A stretch of 64,000 nt of DNA from Octopus sinensis. Its lineage: Eukaryota. The stretch is from NCBI RefSeq assembly GCF_006345805.1, contig NC_042999.1, positions 2,542,001-2,606,000 on the forward strand. The letters run 5' to 3'. Every line of letters begins with the position of its first letter. Within the stretch, counting starts at the first letter, position 1. The position numbers and the translations under genes were made by a program. Below the pieces are notes generated by a model. That model was given only the letters and a program-made list of their open reading frames with translations, was not told the origin of the DNA and did not search any database. Below are positions 38,461-51,050 of the stretch, piece by piece.

Positions 38461-40157
38461 ATTGAGTAAGTTGGGGAGCTGGTAGAATAGTTAGTGTCTC
38501 AGGCAAAATACCTTGTGCTGTTTTGTCCATCTTTATGTTCTGAGTTCAAATTCTGCGGAGGCCAACTTTACCTTTCATCCTTTCGAGGTTGATCAAATAG
38601 TCCCAGTTGGATACTAGGATTGATGTAATCCCAACTTACCCCCACCCTCGAAATTATTGGTCTTGTACCCAAACTGGAAACCATTTTAATACTAATTGGC
38701 ATTCTCAAATTACCAGAAATGATAAAAAAATCAAACAAATTATTGTGCCGTATTTTAGTTGCTTCTTTACGTTCTAAGTTCAATCCCTACCAAAGTCAAA
38801 ATTTGGCTTTTATTCTTTTATTCTCATGGGGTCAATAAACTAATGTACCAGTGAAAATACTAGGTTCAATATAATAGACTACACATTATAACTTTCCAGC
38901 AGATTGTCTTGTGACTGAATCAGAAATCAATATTATTGGAATTATTTGTTCTCCATATTGTATTTGTATTAACATAATTGGTGTAGTATTATTAATAAAT
39001 TTGTTCATATTATGGAAATGATAAAACGTTCATGCTACAACAGAGTGGTATAAAGCATGACTAATTTCAAATGAAATCAATAAACATGAGCAATTTTCTA
39101 AAGTAATCGATCTCTGAAGTGTGGAGAGGGGAAACTGTTTTTTTTTTGCTTTTATATATATATATGTACGTTTTTTTTTTTTGTAATTTCTACGTTTGGT
39201 GAAAAATAATTATTTGCTTGATTATAATCAAGCAACAACATTTTAATTGAGATCAGATAAAAATAGAAAACAGAAAGCTCGAATGATTATAAAATGATAG
39301 AATAATTTCTTTTCAAACCTAAAGAGAAAATTTATTTTGTGTATAGTTGCAGATAGTTAAACTGATAAAGTGTTGGATTAATCTAATAATCAAAAGGTTG
39401 TACCGTTTGTGTTTTGTCAGCTTCAGTGCATCGTCCACATCGCTATGACATTTGACACTTCCAGACTGTATCAGTTCTAATTAGGTGCCAAATTTACATA
39501 CATCTCATTATTTTAAAATGTAGGAATATTGCACGATCTGTTTTGTTATATAGAGATTTTGTTTTATACCTGTGGGCCTTTGAACTTAGAGAGGTGAAAC
39601 CACAGTTTCTGAAGTATTTAATCCCAAACAAGACTATACCTCTGGTTTCGATTCTGGTTACAGACTGTTGATAAATTCTCCTTCATAACATTCCATCCAA
39701 AATAAATATTCTTCATATATAAGCACCTATATTTAGTAGATATCGTTCATATTCAAATATATGATGTTTTACAGTGTAGCAAGTCTTCAGCTTAAATTTG
39801 AATCATCTCTCTGAGATTCCTAGTTCAAAACTATGACTTAATTATGTTTCCATAAAAGATAGGACCAGCTACAGATTTATATGGTACCTTATCAACTGAT
39901 GAGATTCATCAATGAAATCGTGGTCCAAAATTCAGTGTAGGTCAGCGAGTTAATGACAAACTAAAACTTGATGTACAAACTAACTTCCACATGACAGCAA
40001 TGGATATCAGCCCCGAAACCCAACTTCCCATCCTCCAATAAAACTATCTTTAACCCCACCTTTACTATAACTACCACTAGATTCCCCACCTACCTACCAG
40101 ACAGCCCATTTCATTTTCCTCCTTCTAACCCTGAACTTAACCCTAAGCTAATGAGAC

Positions 40158-40345
40158 TTAACCCTTTAACATTCATTGTTTTGAATTAATCATGCATTAT
40201 CTCAAAGCTTCAAGATTTTGATGATGTTGTTTATTTTTGAAATGACATTTTCTCAGGTAGGTATGAGAGGCCAAATGTGGCCAGTTTAAACATAAAACAG
40301 ATAGAGTATTTGGGCCGGTATAGTCAGTTTAAATGCTGAAGGGTT
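40158..40345. mobile_element. piggyBac-like MITE (TTAA-CCCTT terminus)
   Basis: ttaaccctttaacatt ... aatgctgaagggtt imperfect TIRs; right-hand TTAA not intact. Confidence 0.5.
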
Positions 40346-40357
40346 GGACATTCAGTT

Positions 40358-43300
40358 ATCATCATCATCATCATCATCATTTAGCGTCCGTTTTCCATGC
40401 TAGCATGGGTTGGACGGTTCTACTGGGGTCTGTGAAGCCAGAAGGCTTCATCAGGCCCAGTCAAATCTGGCAGTGTTTCTACGGCTGGATGCCCTTCCTA
40501 ACGCCAACCACTCCGTGAGTGTAGTGGGTGCTTTTTACGTGCCACCCGCACTGGTGCCAGACAGAGCTGGCAAACGGCCACGAACGGATGGTGCTTTTTA
40601 TGTGCCACCGGCACGAGGGCCAGGCGAGGCTGGCAACGGACACGAAACGGGGCGGTGCTGGCAACGGTCGCGAAACGGAAAGTTCTCTTACATGCCACCG
40701 GCACTGGTAACACATCTGCAATTTCCATTGATCGATTTCGATTCTGATCCTCACTTGCCTCAATGGGTCTTCACAAGCAGAGTTTCGACATGCCACCGGC
40801 ACTGGTAGCACATCCGAAATTTCCATTGATCGATTTCGATTCTGATCCTCACTTGCCTCAACACGTCTTCACAAGTAGAGTTTTGTGTCCCAAGAAGGGA
40901 AGGTATGCATACGTAGGCTGGCTCCATCCCATGTAGAAGGCCATGGGTTGTGGACTCACTTGTCCTGCCGGGTCTTCTCGCGCACAGCACACTTCCAGAG
41001 GTCTCGGTCTCTAGTCATTTCCTCAGTGAGACCTAAAGTTCGAAGGTCGTGCTTCACCACCTCGTCCGGGTTTTCCTGGGTCTGCCTCTTCCACAGGTTC
41101 CCTCAACCGCTAGGGTGTGGCACTTTTTCACACAACTATCTTCATCCATTCTCGCCACATGACCATACCAGCGCAAACGTCTCTCTTGCACACCACAACT
41201 GATGCTTCTTAGGTCCAGCTTTTCTCTCAAGGTACTTACACTCTGCCGAGTGTGAGTACCGGCATTACACATCCATCGGAGCATACTGGCTTCATTTCTA
41301 GCGAGCTTACGCATATCCTCAGCAGTCACGGCCCATGTTTCACTGCCATGTAGCATGGCTGTTCGTACACACGCATCATACAGTCTGCCTTTCACTCTGT
41401 GCGAGAGGCCTTTTGTCACCAGCAGAGGTAAGAGCTCTCTGAACTTTGCCCAAGCTATTCTTACTCTAGCAGTTACACTTTCAGCACACCCGCCCCCGCT
41501 GCTGACTTGGTCACCTAGGTAACGGAAACTATCAACTATTTCTAGTTTTTCTCCCTGGAAAGTGACGGAAGTTGGTCTCAGAGCATTTTCAGTGTTTATT
41601 GTTCCTGAGCATCTGCCACATACAAAAACCATTTTCCTAGTTAGCCTTCCTTTGACATTGCTGCATCTCTTATGTGTCCATAGCTTACACTTGGTGCATC
41701 TTATAGAGTTTCTACCTACACCTTTTCTACAGATCGAGCAGGGCCATCTACCTGAAGGTGTTTGTGATTTGTCTACCTTCCTACTGATTACGACTTTGGT
41801 TTTAGCTAGATTGACTCTGAGCCCTTCGATTCTAATCCTTGTTTCCACACCTGAAACTTCTCCTCCAGTTCTGATAGCGACTCAGCAATTAGAGCAAGGT
41901 CATCAGCATAGAGGAGCTCCCAAGGGCATCCTGTCTTGAATTCCTCCGTTATTGCCTGGAGGACTATGATAAATAGGAGGGGGCTGAGTACTGAGCCTTG
42001 GTGGACCCCTACCTCTACCCGGAATTCTTCACTGTACTCATTTCCAACCCTCACCCTACTAGCGGCGTCCCTATACATGGCCCGCACAGCTCTCACTAAC
42101 CATTCATCTATCCCTAGTTTCCTCATTGCCCACCAGATAAGGGATCGGGGGACCCTGTCGAAGGCTTTCTCCATGTCAACAAAAGCCAGGTACAGGGGCT
42201 TATCTTTGGCTAGGTATTTCTCCTGCAGCTGCCTTACCAGGAATATAGCATCAGTAGTACTTTTCCCTGGCACAAACCCAAACTGCATCTCATCTAAACT
42301 AACTCTCTCTCTAATTAGTTGGGCTATGACCCTCTCCGTAACCTTCATCACCTGGTCCAACAGCTTGATACCTCTGTAGTTATTTGTATCTAGGGCATCA
42401 CCTTTACCTTTGTAGCAGTTGACTATTATACTGCTACACCAGTCATTGGGTATGACCCCTTTGTGTATCACCTGATTAACTATACGGGTGACTAGGCTAT
42501 AGCCGACACTACCAGACATTTTGAGCATCTCTGCAGTGATTCCTGATGGGCCTGGGGCTTTCCCTGTCTTCATGCTTCTAATTGCCTTAGCTACCACAGA
42601 ACTATCAACTCGGATAGCTGGTCCCTCTGTTGGGTCAACATTCGGCAGACTCTCTTTATCCATTCATTCTTTCAGCAACTTCATTTCATAGTGGCATCTC
42701 CAAACCTCTCTCTTTGCATCCTCATTTAGCGCAAGTGAACCATCTTCCATGCGAACACACTTCTCTCCTACCACATCACGATTCTCTCTCACACACTGTC
42801 TTGCAACACGAAACACCTCCAGTCTTTGGTCCTCACGGCGCAGAACATTGGCAAATTTTTTCTTATCTGCTTCCCCTCTGGCTAAATAAACCTGTCTCCT
42901 AGCTTCTCTTTTGGCAGTCTGATACAATTCCCTGCTACCCCATTTTTCCAGACCTTCCAAGCTGTCTCTTTTCTCTAATAGCCCTGTCTACAATATTGTT
43001 CCACCACCACGTTATTCTAGGTCGAGAGGGGACTTTGCACCAGCCACAGATCTGGTCAGTGGCTCTCAGCAGGTTGTCCCTTAGAAACGTCCAGCTGTCT
43101 TCTACCCCCTGTGATGCTCTATCCCCTCTACTTCGTCAGAGGCTTCAAGTAATATGTCCCTAAATCTCTGTCCATTTGCAGGATCTTTAAGCTTCCAGAT
43201 CCTTCTTCTCCATATTGTCGTCTTCTGGTTGTCCTCCTAGTCCTGATCCTAAAGTCACTAACTACCAGTCTATGTTGTGGGGTACATTCTTCACCTGGGA

Positions 43301-44300
43301 AGGTTTTGGCATTTATAAGCAGCCATCTCTCCCTTTGCCTTGTAAGGATGTAGTCAATTTGGCTGGTATGTTGGCCGATTGGTAAGTGACTAGGTGGCTG
43401 GTAGGTTTCCTGAAGTTAGTGTTGCAAATCATAAGATTATTTGCATCGCAGAACTCCAGCAGCCTGGTTCCCTCCTCGTTGCGGGAGCCATAGCCATAGC
43501 CTCCATGTACGCCATGGAAGCCCCCAGCATGTCGTCCAACGTGACCATTGAAGTCACCAGCCACAAAGATAAGGTCTCTGTCGTTCGTCAATGAGGTAGT
43601 CTGCAGTAGAGTGTCATAGAATCGGTCTTTCTGTCCATCGGGTAGCCCCGACTGAGGAGCATAGGCTGATATAATGGTGCTAAACTATGATGAAGCACTA
43701 ATCTAATCTTAAGTATTCTGTCACTTACTCTGATTACCTCAATTACTTTATCTACCCATTTCTCAGCGATAAGTATACCCACGCCACCACCCCGTCAGTG
43801 TTCCCTGCCCAGAAAATCTTGTACCTGCGTTCCTTGCTGTGAGGAACCTAGCTGATCCTCCTCTCCACCTTATTTCTTGCATGCAACATATATCCACACA
43901 TCTCCGTTCAAGCATCTCGACTATCTCACCAGACCTACCTTTCAGAGTGCCAACGTTGAGGGTGCCAACGTTGAGGGTGCCAACCCTGAGGGTGTGGAAG
44001 GCATGGGCTCTAGAGACCCTGGGACGGTGGACAGTAGCTTCGTGTACCTGAAAAGAAAGCTCGCATTTGGCAGAATTCATGTGCAAGAAATGAAGTAGTA
44101 AAGTAGCCTTCAGTACAACCTGCATAACGCTAGCCTTTCATATTTTGCACTGTATGAACATTACCTTACATAGGTCGAGACTAGGGGTAGGGAGGGGTAG
44201 GGATGGTGAGAGCATTTGCAGTCTTCATGGGAAGCACCCCGGAATGGAAGAGAATAGGAACTTCCGGCATGCGTGGTGGGGGTGGGAGGGTGGGTGCACC
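40358..44300 (-). mobile_element. Near-full-length RTE-clade LINE
   Basis: One long APE-RT ORF broken by frameshifts, a 3' UTR with tandem units (40358-40955) and a (GAT)n tail. The 5' boundary is uncertain and may extend to ~44870. Confidence 0.95.
40956..44125 (-). pseudogene. RTE ORF: AP endonuclease + reverse transcriptase + C4HC3 PHD-like insert, about 1050 codons, frameshifted as given
   Basis: GTLNVGTL, CCMQEIRW, GDFNGHVG, KAPGPSGI, QFGFVPG, DMEKAFDRV, GVHQGSVLSPLLF, LLYADDL, RRLRWYGHV, GRGRPRKT. Confidence 0.93.
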
Positions 44301-44949
44301 GTAGCTGAGTAAAGAGGTTCTGTTAATCGTGAGCTAGCAAATGGGTTTGTATGAATCGGGAGACAATACTAAACTAAAAATTGAAAAATTGAAAAATCAG
44401 AGTGGCTATGAACCTGGAGACAAGTCTAAACGAAAAAAAAATGTTTGAGCTAGACAGGGTAATGAGGGAATACTGAAAGAATGAGGGACAATACAATGAG
44501 ATGGAAATTGAAGAATAGAGAAAGAATAAGGATAAGTGCAAGAAAGAAGGTAGTCGTAGCGAGGTTGGACGATTCCCTTAACTTTTAGCCATTCATGATC
44601 TGTGCGTATTCTTTAGATATTTTGAAGCGAGTGGGGTTAACGATAAATGCGATCGCTCTTTTATGTATGGCGATGATGGTTTTGGGGAGGGGGGGGGCAT
44701 AGAGGACCATGGCGATGATGGTTATGGGAAGGGGGGACATAGCGAGAGAGAGATAGGGTTAGTTAGAGAGAGAGGTCAAGGGACACGTGACAATAAGCGG
44801 TGTGAGGGAATTTGACTGGGGACGGCATTGTCGATAAATAAACATTAGATAAATAGGTTTGAAAGTATCTTACAAAAATATTTCACTCCTTCCTTTAATC
44901 TCCCTAGATCCCAATTCTTCACTCTACAAAACTGACTTTCAAAAAATTT

Positions 44950-46750
44950 CATGCTTCAACCTTCATACATAGGGAGAGAATTTTGAACCGGCATTTGAGT
45001 ACCTAAACAAAATACATTATATGAAAAAGTCAATAACATCATACCTAGCCAGCTCGAAGCTACTAGAAACACATGCTGGATGAACATCTGCAAAGAGAAA
45101 GGAATCTCAAAGAAGATTAAGCCTAACTTCATCATAAGAAACGAAGTACTCCCCATTTTCTATCGCCTCTTTCTATGACATAAACCAGTATTAAATTTAA
45201 AATTATGCCTAATGTTTTCAGTATTAACGAACCTTTCTGCAAAATCGTTTGGTTTAATTTAATATTCCCAAGCCACTACTTCAAACTTTCCGTGGACATG
45301 TTGAGAGCTCCATTAAAGTCATCAACAAATTCAAAGATCTCAACCCAGGGAAAATAACAGCCCATTTGGATATTGTTTTCTTGTACACCTCCATCCCAAC
45401 CACCCCAACTATGGACTTACTAAGAGAATATTTTGCTTTCTCTAACAATTCAAACCTATTGGGGTTCACAGCTCCAGATATCTGTGAACTCTTAACTGCT
45501 ACAACATCTTTTCCTAGTTCAAGGAGTCCATGTACAAACAAACCTCTGCATTGTTTGACCTGTTAACCATCATATAAACGGTCCAGCTGGAACGTTAGAA
45601 TGCATAGCACTCAACAGTGGTCAAGCTTGTGCCCTTTTCACACCAGACATATGGATGATATCCTCATATTAATATCTCAAGAGGAGACTGTGAAAATATA
45701 GACTATGTTTAATAAAATCGATGAAAGGCGGTAAGCTGGCAATCATCAGTACACCAAGAGAAATGCTTATCGGCATTTTCTGTCTTTACGTTCTGAGTTC
45801 AAATTTCACCAAAGTAACTTTCATTCTTTCAGGGGTCAATAAAATAAGTGTTAGTTGAACACAGGTGCCGACGTAATCGACTTACTCCTTCCCCACGAAC
45901 AGTCTGGACTTGTGCCAAAATTTGAAACCAATATCAATGAAATATAAAATTTTAAGTGGAGCATTGCAATAACATCGGTTCTTTGTCTATGCTTGATTTT
46001 GAACTCAGAATCACAGGAGCATCATCACTGACATCTACAGAAAAGCGACATACTAGGGTCTATTTGCACATTATACTTCATTCCTGTCCATCAGAGCTAC
46101 GATGACCTACATTGGAAATGAAATCCACAAGATCAGCAGTAAATGCAACGAGGTGAGAAGCAAAACGAGCAACAAAATTCAATTCCAAAAAGTCCTGATG
46201 GAAAATGGTTATCCACACTCTTTCGCTAAATATCAGGATATCACCAGACCGTCAAACAGAACCCTCATATCCAAGGATAACATGTGCTATGAAAGATACA
46301 AACAACCGTTGCAATTTACCGTGCACCATGCAAGGAGAGATTTAATATACAACTGGTACACTCCAGGCCTTCTTTGGGGAAGGTGTTAAACAAAAACAGA
46401 TCAAGGTTACTCACCTTATGTACATTACGCAACTACTCGACCAAAGATGAAAACATGTCTGTGGTCCTATGTGGTGTGTAGAATCAAGTGTAACAAATGT
46501 GGTGAATTCTACATCGGAAGTACTCTCAGACATGTTCACATACAGATTAAAAACACCTCTGTGCAAATGTTTCTTCCATCAAAAAAACCACCTACGGAAA
46601 TATTACATTCAAGACATCCAAGTATCTATTAAAACTGCGGAAAGAAACATTGGGAACTTGAGAATAAAAGAAACTATATTAATTCACAAGTACAGTTTGG
46701 GAATTAGTTACAGATCTGAATTGCATGTAGTTGATGGGATACTATAGCAA
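44950..46750 (+). pseudogene. Degraded Penelope-like element (RT + GIY-YIG), interrupted by a SINE B
   Basis: HKP, DIVFLYTSIP, RHMDDILI, TDIYRKAT, VVCRIKCNKCGEFYIGST, LRIKETILIHKY. Confidence 0.85.
45726..45932 (+). mobile_element. SINE B with ~9-bp TSD
   Basis: atcgatgaa (45717-45725) / atcaatgaa (45933-45941). Confidence 0.8.
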
Positions 46751-46977
46751 CACAAAACAACCCTTCATACACACATATGCACGCACACACACATACACAC
46801 ACTACAGAGCAAAGACATCAACTATCAACATCTTTCCTCTGTAAATTTTCTGAAGTTTTCCAAACTCCAAAATGTTACAAGACTAAATGATAGTACTAGC
46901 TGTTGCCATGTATTAATACTTCTTGTAAATTGCATTGCTTTGACTTAAAAAGTTTTTAAAACATTTATACATAGAGT

Positions 46978-47350
46978 AGGCGCAGGAATGACTGTGTGGT
47001 AAGTAGCTTGCTTACTAACTACATGATCCCAGGTTCAATCCCACTGCATGGCACCTTGGGCAAGTGTCTTCTACTCTAGCCTTGGGCCGACCAAAGCCTT
47101 GTGAGTGGATTTGGTAGGCGGAAACTGAAAGAAGCCCATCATATATGTGTGTGGTTTTGTGTGTCTGTGTTTGTCACCTCACCATGTTGGCATGATTAAG
47201 TCCCTGTAACTTAGCAGTTCAGCAAAAGAGACTGGTGGAATAAGATCTAGACTTACAAAGAATAATTCCTGGGGTTGATTTGTTTGAGTAAAGGCAGTAC
47301 TCCAGCATGGCCACAGTCAAATGACTGAAATAAATATATAAGAATAAAAG
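46978..47350 (+). mobile_element. SINE family A
   Basis: Match to 2442-2853. Confidence 0.88.
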
Positions 47351-47628
47351 AATGTTTCTATGTGTGCATATATAAACTAGTGGAAAGATGGATGATGAAA
47401 GAAATGAAAGAGGATAGGGAATTTGAAGGAGAGAAAGAAAGAAAAAGAGGGAGAGAGGGAGAATTTAACCCCCAAGGAATCAAAGTTTGGAAGGTTTTTC
47501 TGTCTAGGTCATGGACAAAGCAAAGATTTGAAGTGAGGATACAAATGACTGGTCTGTCAACGGTTTGCCCTCTACCGTATAAAACTCAGTCAGTCCTCAC
47601 TCTTGCTAACAATAATAATAATATTCAG

Positions 47629-47720
47629 GGAAGAAAAGAAAGGAGAGCAGTAGCCGCAACAAGTGCGTGGAGATAAAGGACAAAAAGGAAAAAAAAAAGG
47701 TAAAGAACTCTTGCTGTTAA
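47629..47720 (+). CDS. Candidate terminal coding exon: (R)KKRKESSSRNKCVEIKDKKEKKKVKNSCC*, resembling a prenylated small-GTPase tail
   Basis: CTAAC branch-point-like motif ~20 nt upstream of ttcag, polybasic tract, Cys-Cys-stop, then non-repetitive AT-rich UTR-like sequence. Confidence 0.4.
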
Positions 47721-49230
47721 TGTAGAAGAGCTTGCAAAGATTTTATATAACGTAAAGAAAGAAAGAATTGAAAAAAAAAAAAAACTGTTTTTTCTTAGTT
47801 TCCTCAAACACGAATGCAATTTCCATTACTTGTTAGTGTTTAACAAGAAAAACAAAATTTGTATTTATTTTCCTTCTTAACTATAAATTGAACCACAAGC
47901 ATCATTTATTTATATTGAACATCTATTAATGTATTATTGTCTGTTCATTTAAACTTAATCGTATTATTCTTCCTTAACTTGGCTACCACCAATATTAAAA
48001 CATCTTCACCATTTTTTTCTTAGAGGTTTTTCTCCTATTTTATTTCTTATTTTCTTCTTTGAACACCATTACTTATTTTTTATTTTTATTTTTCATTTTA
48101 ACATTTTTTTTTTTCCTTATTCCCCTCTATTTTGTCTGCTGCCACTTCTTCCACTACCATTCCATTAAAATACTTGCCATGTTCTTCAGTTTGTCTTTCC
48201 TGCTTTTTTTTCTTTTATTCTTACTGATTTTGGTAGTTTCTGGCAACTCACTTCTCTCTGTCTCCCTCTTTGTCTCTCTCTCTTTCTCCTTTTCTCTTCC
48301 ACACACACATACATATATATATATACACACACACACAGACACAGTTTCTTAGTCTCTCACTTATATTTCTTTAGTTTTTCCTTTCCACATCCCCATATTT
48401 CATCTCTCTCTCTCTCTCTCTCTCTCTCGCTCTTTTACTTCTCTTTGCCCTGTCTGTTGGCCTCCGTACCTCCCATTAATATAGTCAATAATAAAAGCAA
48501 TATTTTTCTAAGCTATTTAATATTTTAAAACAATAGATGAAAGATTTTTCTCTCTTTTAATGTCTTTTATTAAAATGGCCCAACTTGAACAGCAATGAAG
48601 TAACCAATCAATACCGAGGGATTAATAACAATTGATATGACCATTCTACTTTACCCTCTTCACCACACAAACTGACATATGACCAACTGATTTATCCACC
48701 ACGTCATTCTAAAATTTTCTGTCAGTTCAATAACTTGAAAAATTGCCTTCAGCAATTCAGTTCTACGTCTGTTTTCGTGCCGTCTTTGAGAGGATCATAT
48801 CACCTCAGCGTATTTAAGATGGAGAGATGTATAAAGAAAACCATGGTTACGGTGGTGGGTAATGGATATTGAAGAGACTGTTGGTGGCATTAGTAAACTA
48901 GTAAATAGCAATGGTGATGGTGGGGTGCATGATACGAGCTGCGTCGCCTGATCATTTTGATCAATCAGGAGTTACTATTTAATTATTTTAGCATAGAACA
49001 GAACAGTTCAAATAATTCATATTTCATAGAGTGTCCAGACATATTATTGGTTTAAATAACTGTTAATAAATCTACTATCATTAATTTTGAAGATTGCTTT
49101 TCGGAAGGTAGTCGATTGAGATTAGACTAGACTAGACTAGATAATTGACAAGGATGTTCTCTGGCTTCTCGTTCTCAGGAATTGGAGTTGTTCTGTTTAC
49201 GTTTTCACTTGTTTTACAATGCTTAATGAA

Positions 49231-49630
49231 ATCATCATCATCATCATCATTTAACATCCGCTTTCCGTGCTAGCATGGGTTGGACGATTTGACTGAGGTC
49301 TGGTGAACCAGATGGCTGCCCCAGACTCCAATCTGATCTGGCAGAGTCTCTACAGCTGGATGCCCTTCCTAACACCAGCCACTCCGAGAGTGTAGTGGGT
49401 GCTTTTACGTGCCACTGGTACGAGGGCTAGTCAGGTGGTACTGGCAACAGCCACGCCCAAATGGTGCTTTTTATGTGCCACCTGCACAGGAGCCAGTCCA
49501 GTGGCACTGGCAATAGTTGTGATACCTGTGCCTGTGGCACATAAAAAGCACCATCCAAACATGGCCGATGCCAGCGTCGCCTTGACTGGCTTCTGTGGTG
49601 GTGGCATGTAAAAAGCACCAACCAATCATA
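49231..49630 (-). mobile_element. RTE 3'-UTR fragment
   Basis: (ATC)n tail and tandem ggtgctttttatgtgccac units. Confidence 0.85.
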
Positions 49631-49631
49631 G

Positions 49632-49874
49632 TTATGGATAGCGATCTCTAATGATGAGCAGGGACATGGACCAGTCCCTGGGAACACCACAGGTTTCCAC
49701 TGTCACAGGCTTGACCACAAACCTGTCAGAGAACAGCCAATATTTTGACAGTCTCCACTTCTTTACTTGACAAGCAGCAGATTTTGGGATGGGAGCTGAC
49801 CACACCAAGTTGCTGCCAGAGAATATAGTGAAATGGTAGCCAAACATATAAGATAACAACCAACAGGCCTCCAC
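49632..49874 (-). pseudogene. CRE-like restriction-like endonuclease fragment
   Basis: GSNLVW...KSAACQVKKWRLSKYWLFSDRFVVKPVTVETCG resembles GKxLVWD...SAAxxAExxKxxKY...PVAVETxG. Confidence 0.55.
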
Positions 49875-50823
49875 CCCCTTTTGTGAGCTTCTATCTAACT
49901 GAGGGTTGCTTAGTAGTACCTTTTACAGAAAATTGTATCTTTCAACTTTTTCTTATCCAAGGCAGAGGGCTTTCAACCATTTTTTACCTGTGAACCCCTC
50001 CGATTCCTATTTAATCGGGATGATGGTGGTGGCAGGGCCTTTATAAAACAACTGGTGACCTTATGAAGCTAGTCTTGGGAATGTAATATTTGATAATGGA
50101 AGAGAGACATTTACACCAAGTGTGTCAGTTTGTGTGAGATGTGTGTGTCGGAAATGAGACCCACTTGTAGGAATCACTGAATTCCACAGCTAAAGCTGAG
50201 TAGTGTAAGTTCCTGCAGCCTTTAATCTTAACTGTGTTATGACCACTGGTCAGTTACCAGACACAGTATATAATTTACTGGTAGGGACACAGCATTTCGT
50301 TTTGCAACCATAAAATACAACCAAGTATATTAAATGCTTATAGGTCAATACTGTGTCCTACCTGTGTTAGCAGTGCAATAATATATTAGAAGAAAGGGTG
50401 CCAAAGAGTCCACTCAGCTGGCAAAAATGAGTTTTCCTGCAACAGACCAGCGTCCTGTCCAGTGAGGTGTATATACACCAGAGAATCTGGGAAACTGGCT
50501 ATAAGTGACTTGGGAAGTAGTTTTATCCCATTTTTTTAATCCAAAGTCAAAATTGTCAATGACATTCCAAAATGTTGTTTACAAATGTAATTCTATGAAG
50601 ATAAACTTTACTGGGTCTATCGCGTTAACATTATTCAGCCCAGCTAAAGATGAAAACAAGTTCTTGATGACTTGAATGGTTAGCTGCTTGTTGACTTCAT
50701 CAATCACTGACAGAACTCCTGTCTATTCCATCCAAAATACAAGTCCAGAGAGAAGAGGAGACATGGAGAATGACAAATAGTCATTGAAAAGGTCACAGAT
50801 GTTTGATGAAAGAACTCTGACAA

Positions 50824-51050
50824 ATCTATTATATAAAATCCGTTCTGTCTGTCTGTGTGCGTGTCTTCTAGAATCTTGGGCATCCTCCATCCGATTGCGC
50901 TCAAACTTGATATGTAGATACCAACGGTATCAGGACGTGTATAAATCTTGAAAAACTTACAAAAATTGATTCCAGGTGAGAATGTGATCGATAAAGCCAT
51001 GAGAACATACATTTGTACACGCAAGTACATCAGCTGTTGTGATCGATACT
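50824..51050 (+). mobile_element. Helitron-like 5' fragment
   Basis: atctattatataaaa start and (CTGT)n tract; the 3' CTAG end was not found. Confidence 0.45.

Noticed and set aside
44563-44575. TSD for the RTE (ggttggacgattc versus ggttggacattc at 40342-40353)
   Set aside because: Imperfect, not flush with the tail, and a similar motif occurs inside the RTE UTR. The 5' end remains undefined.
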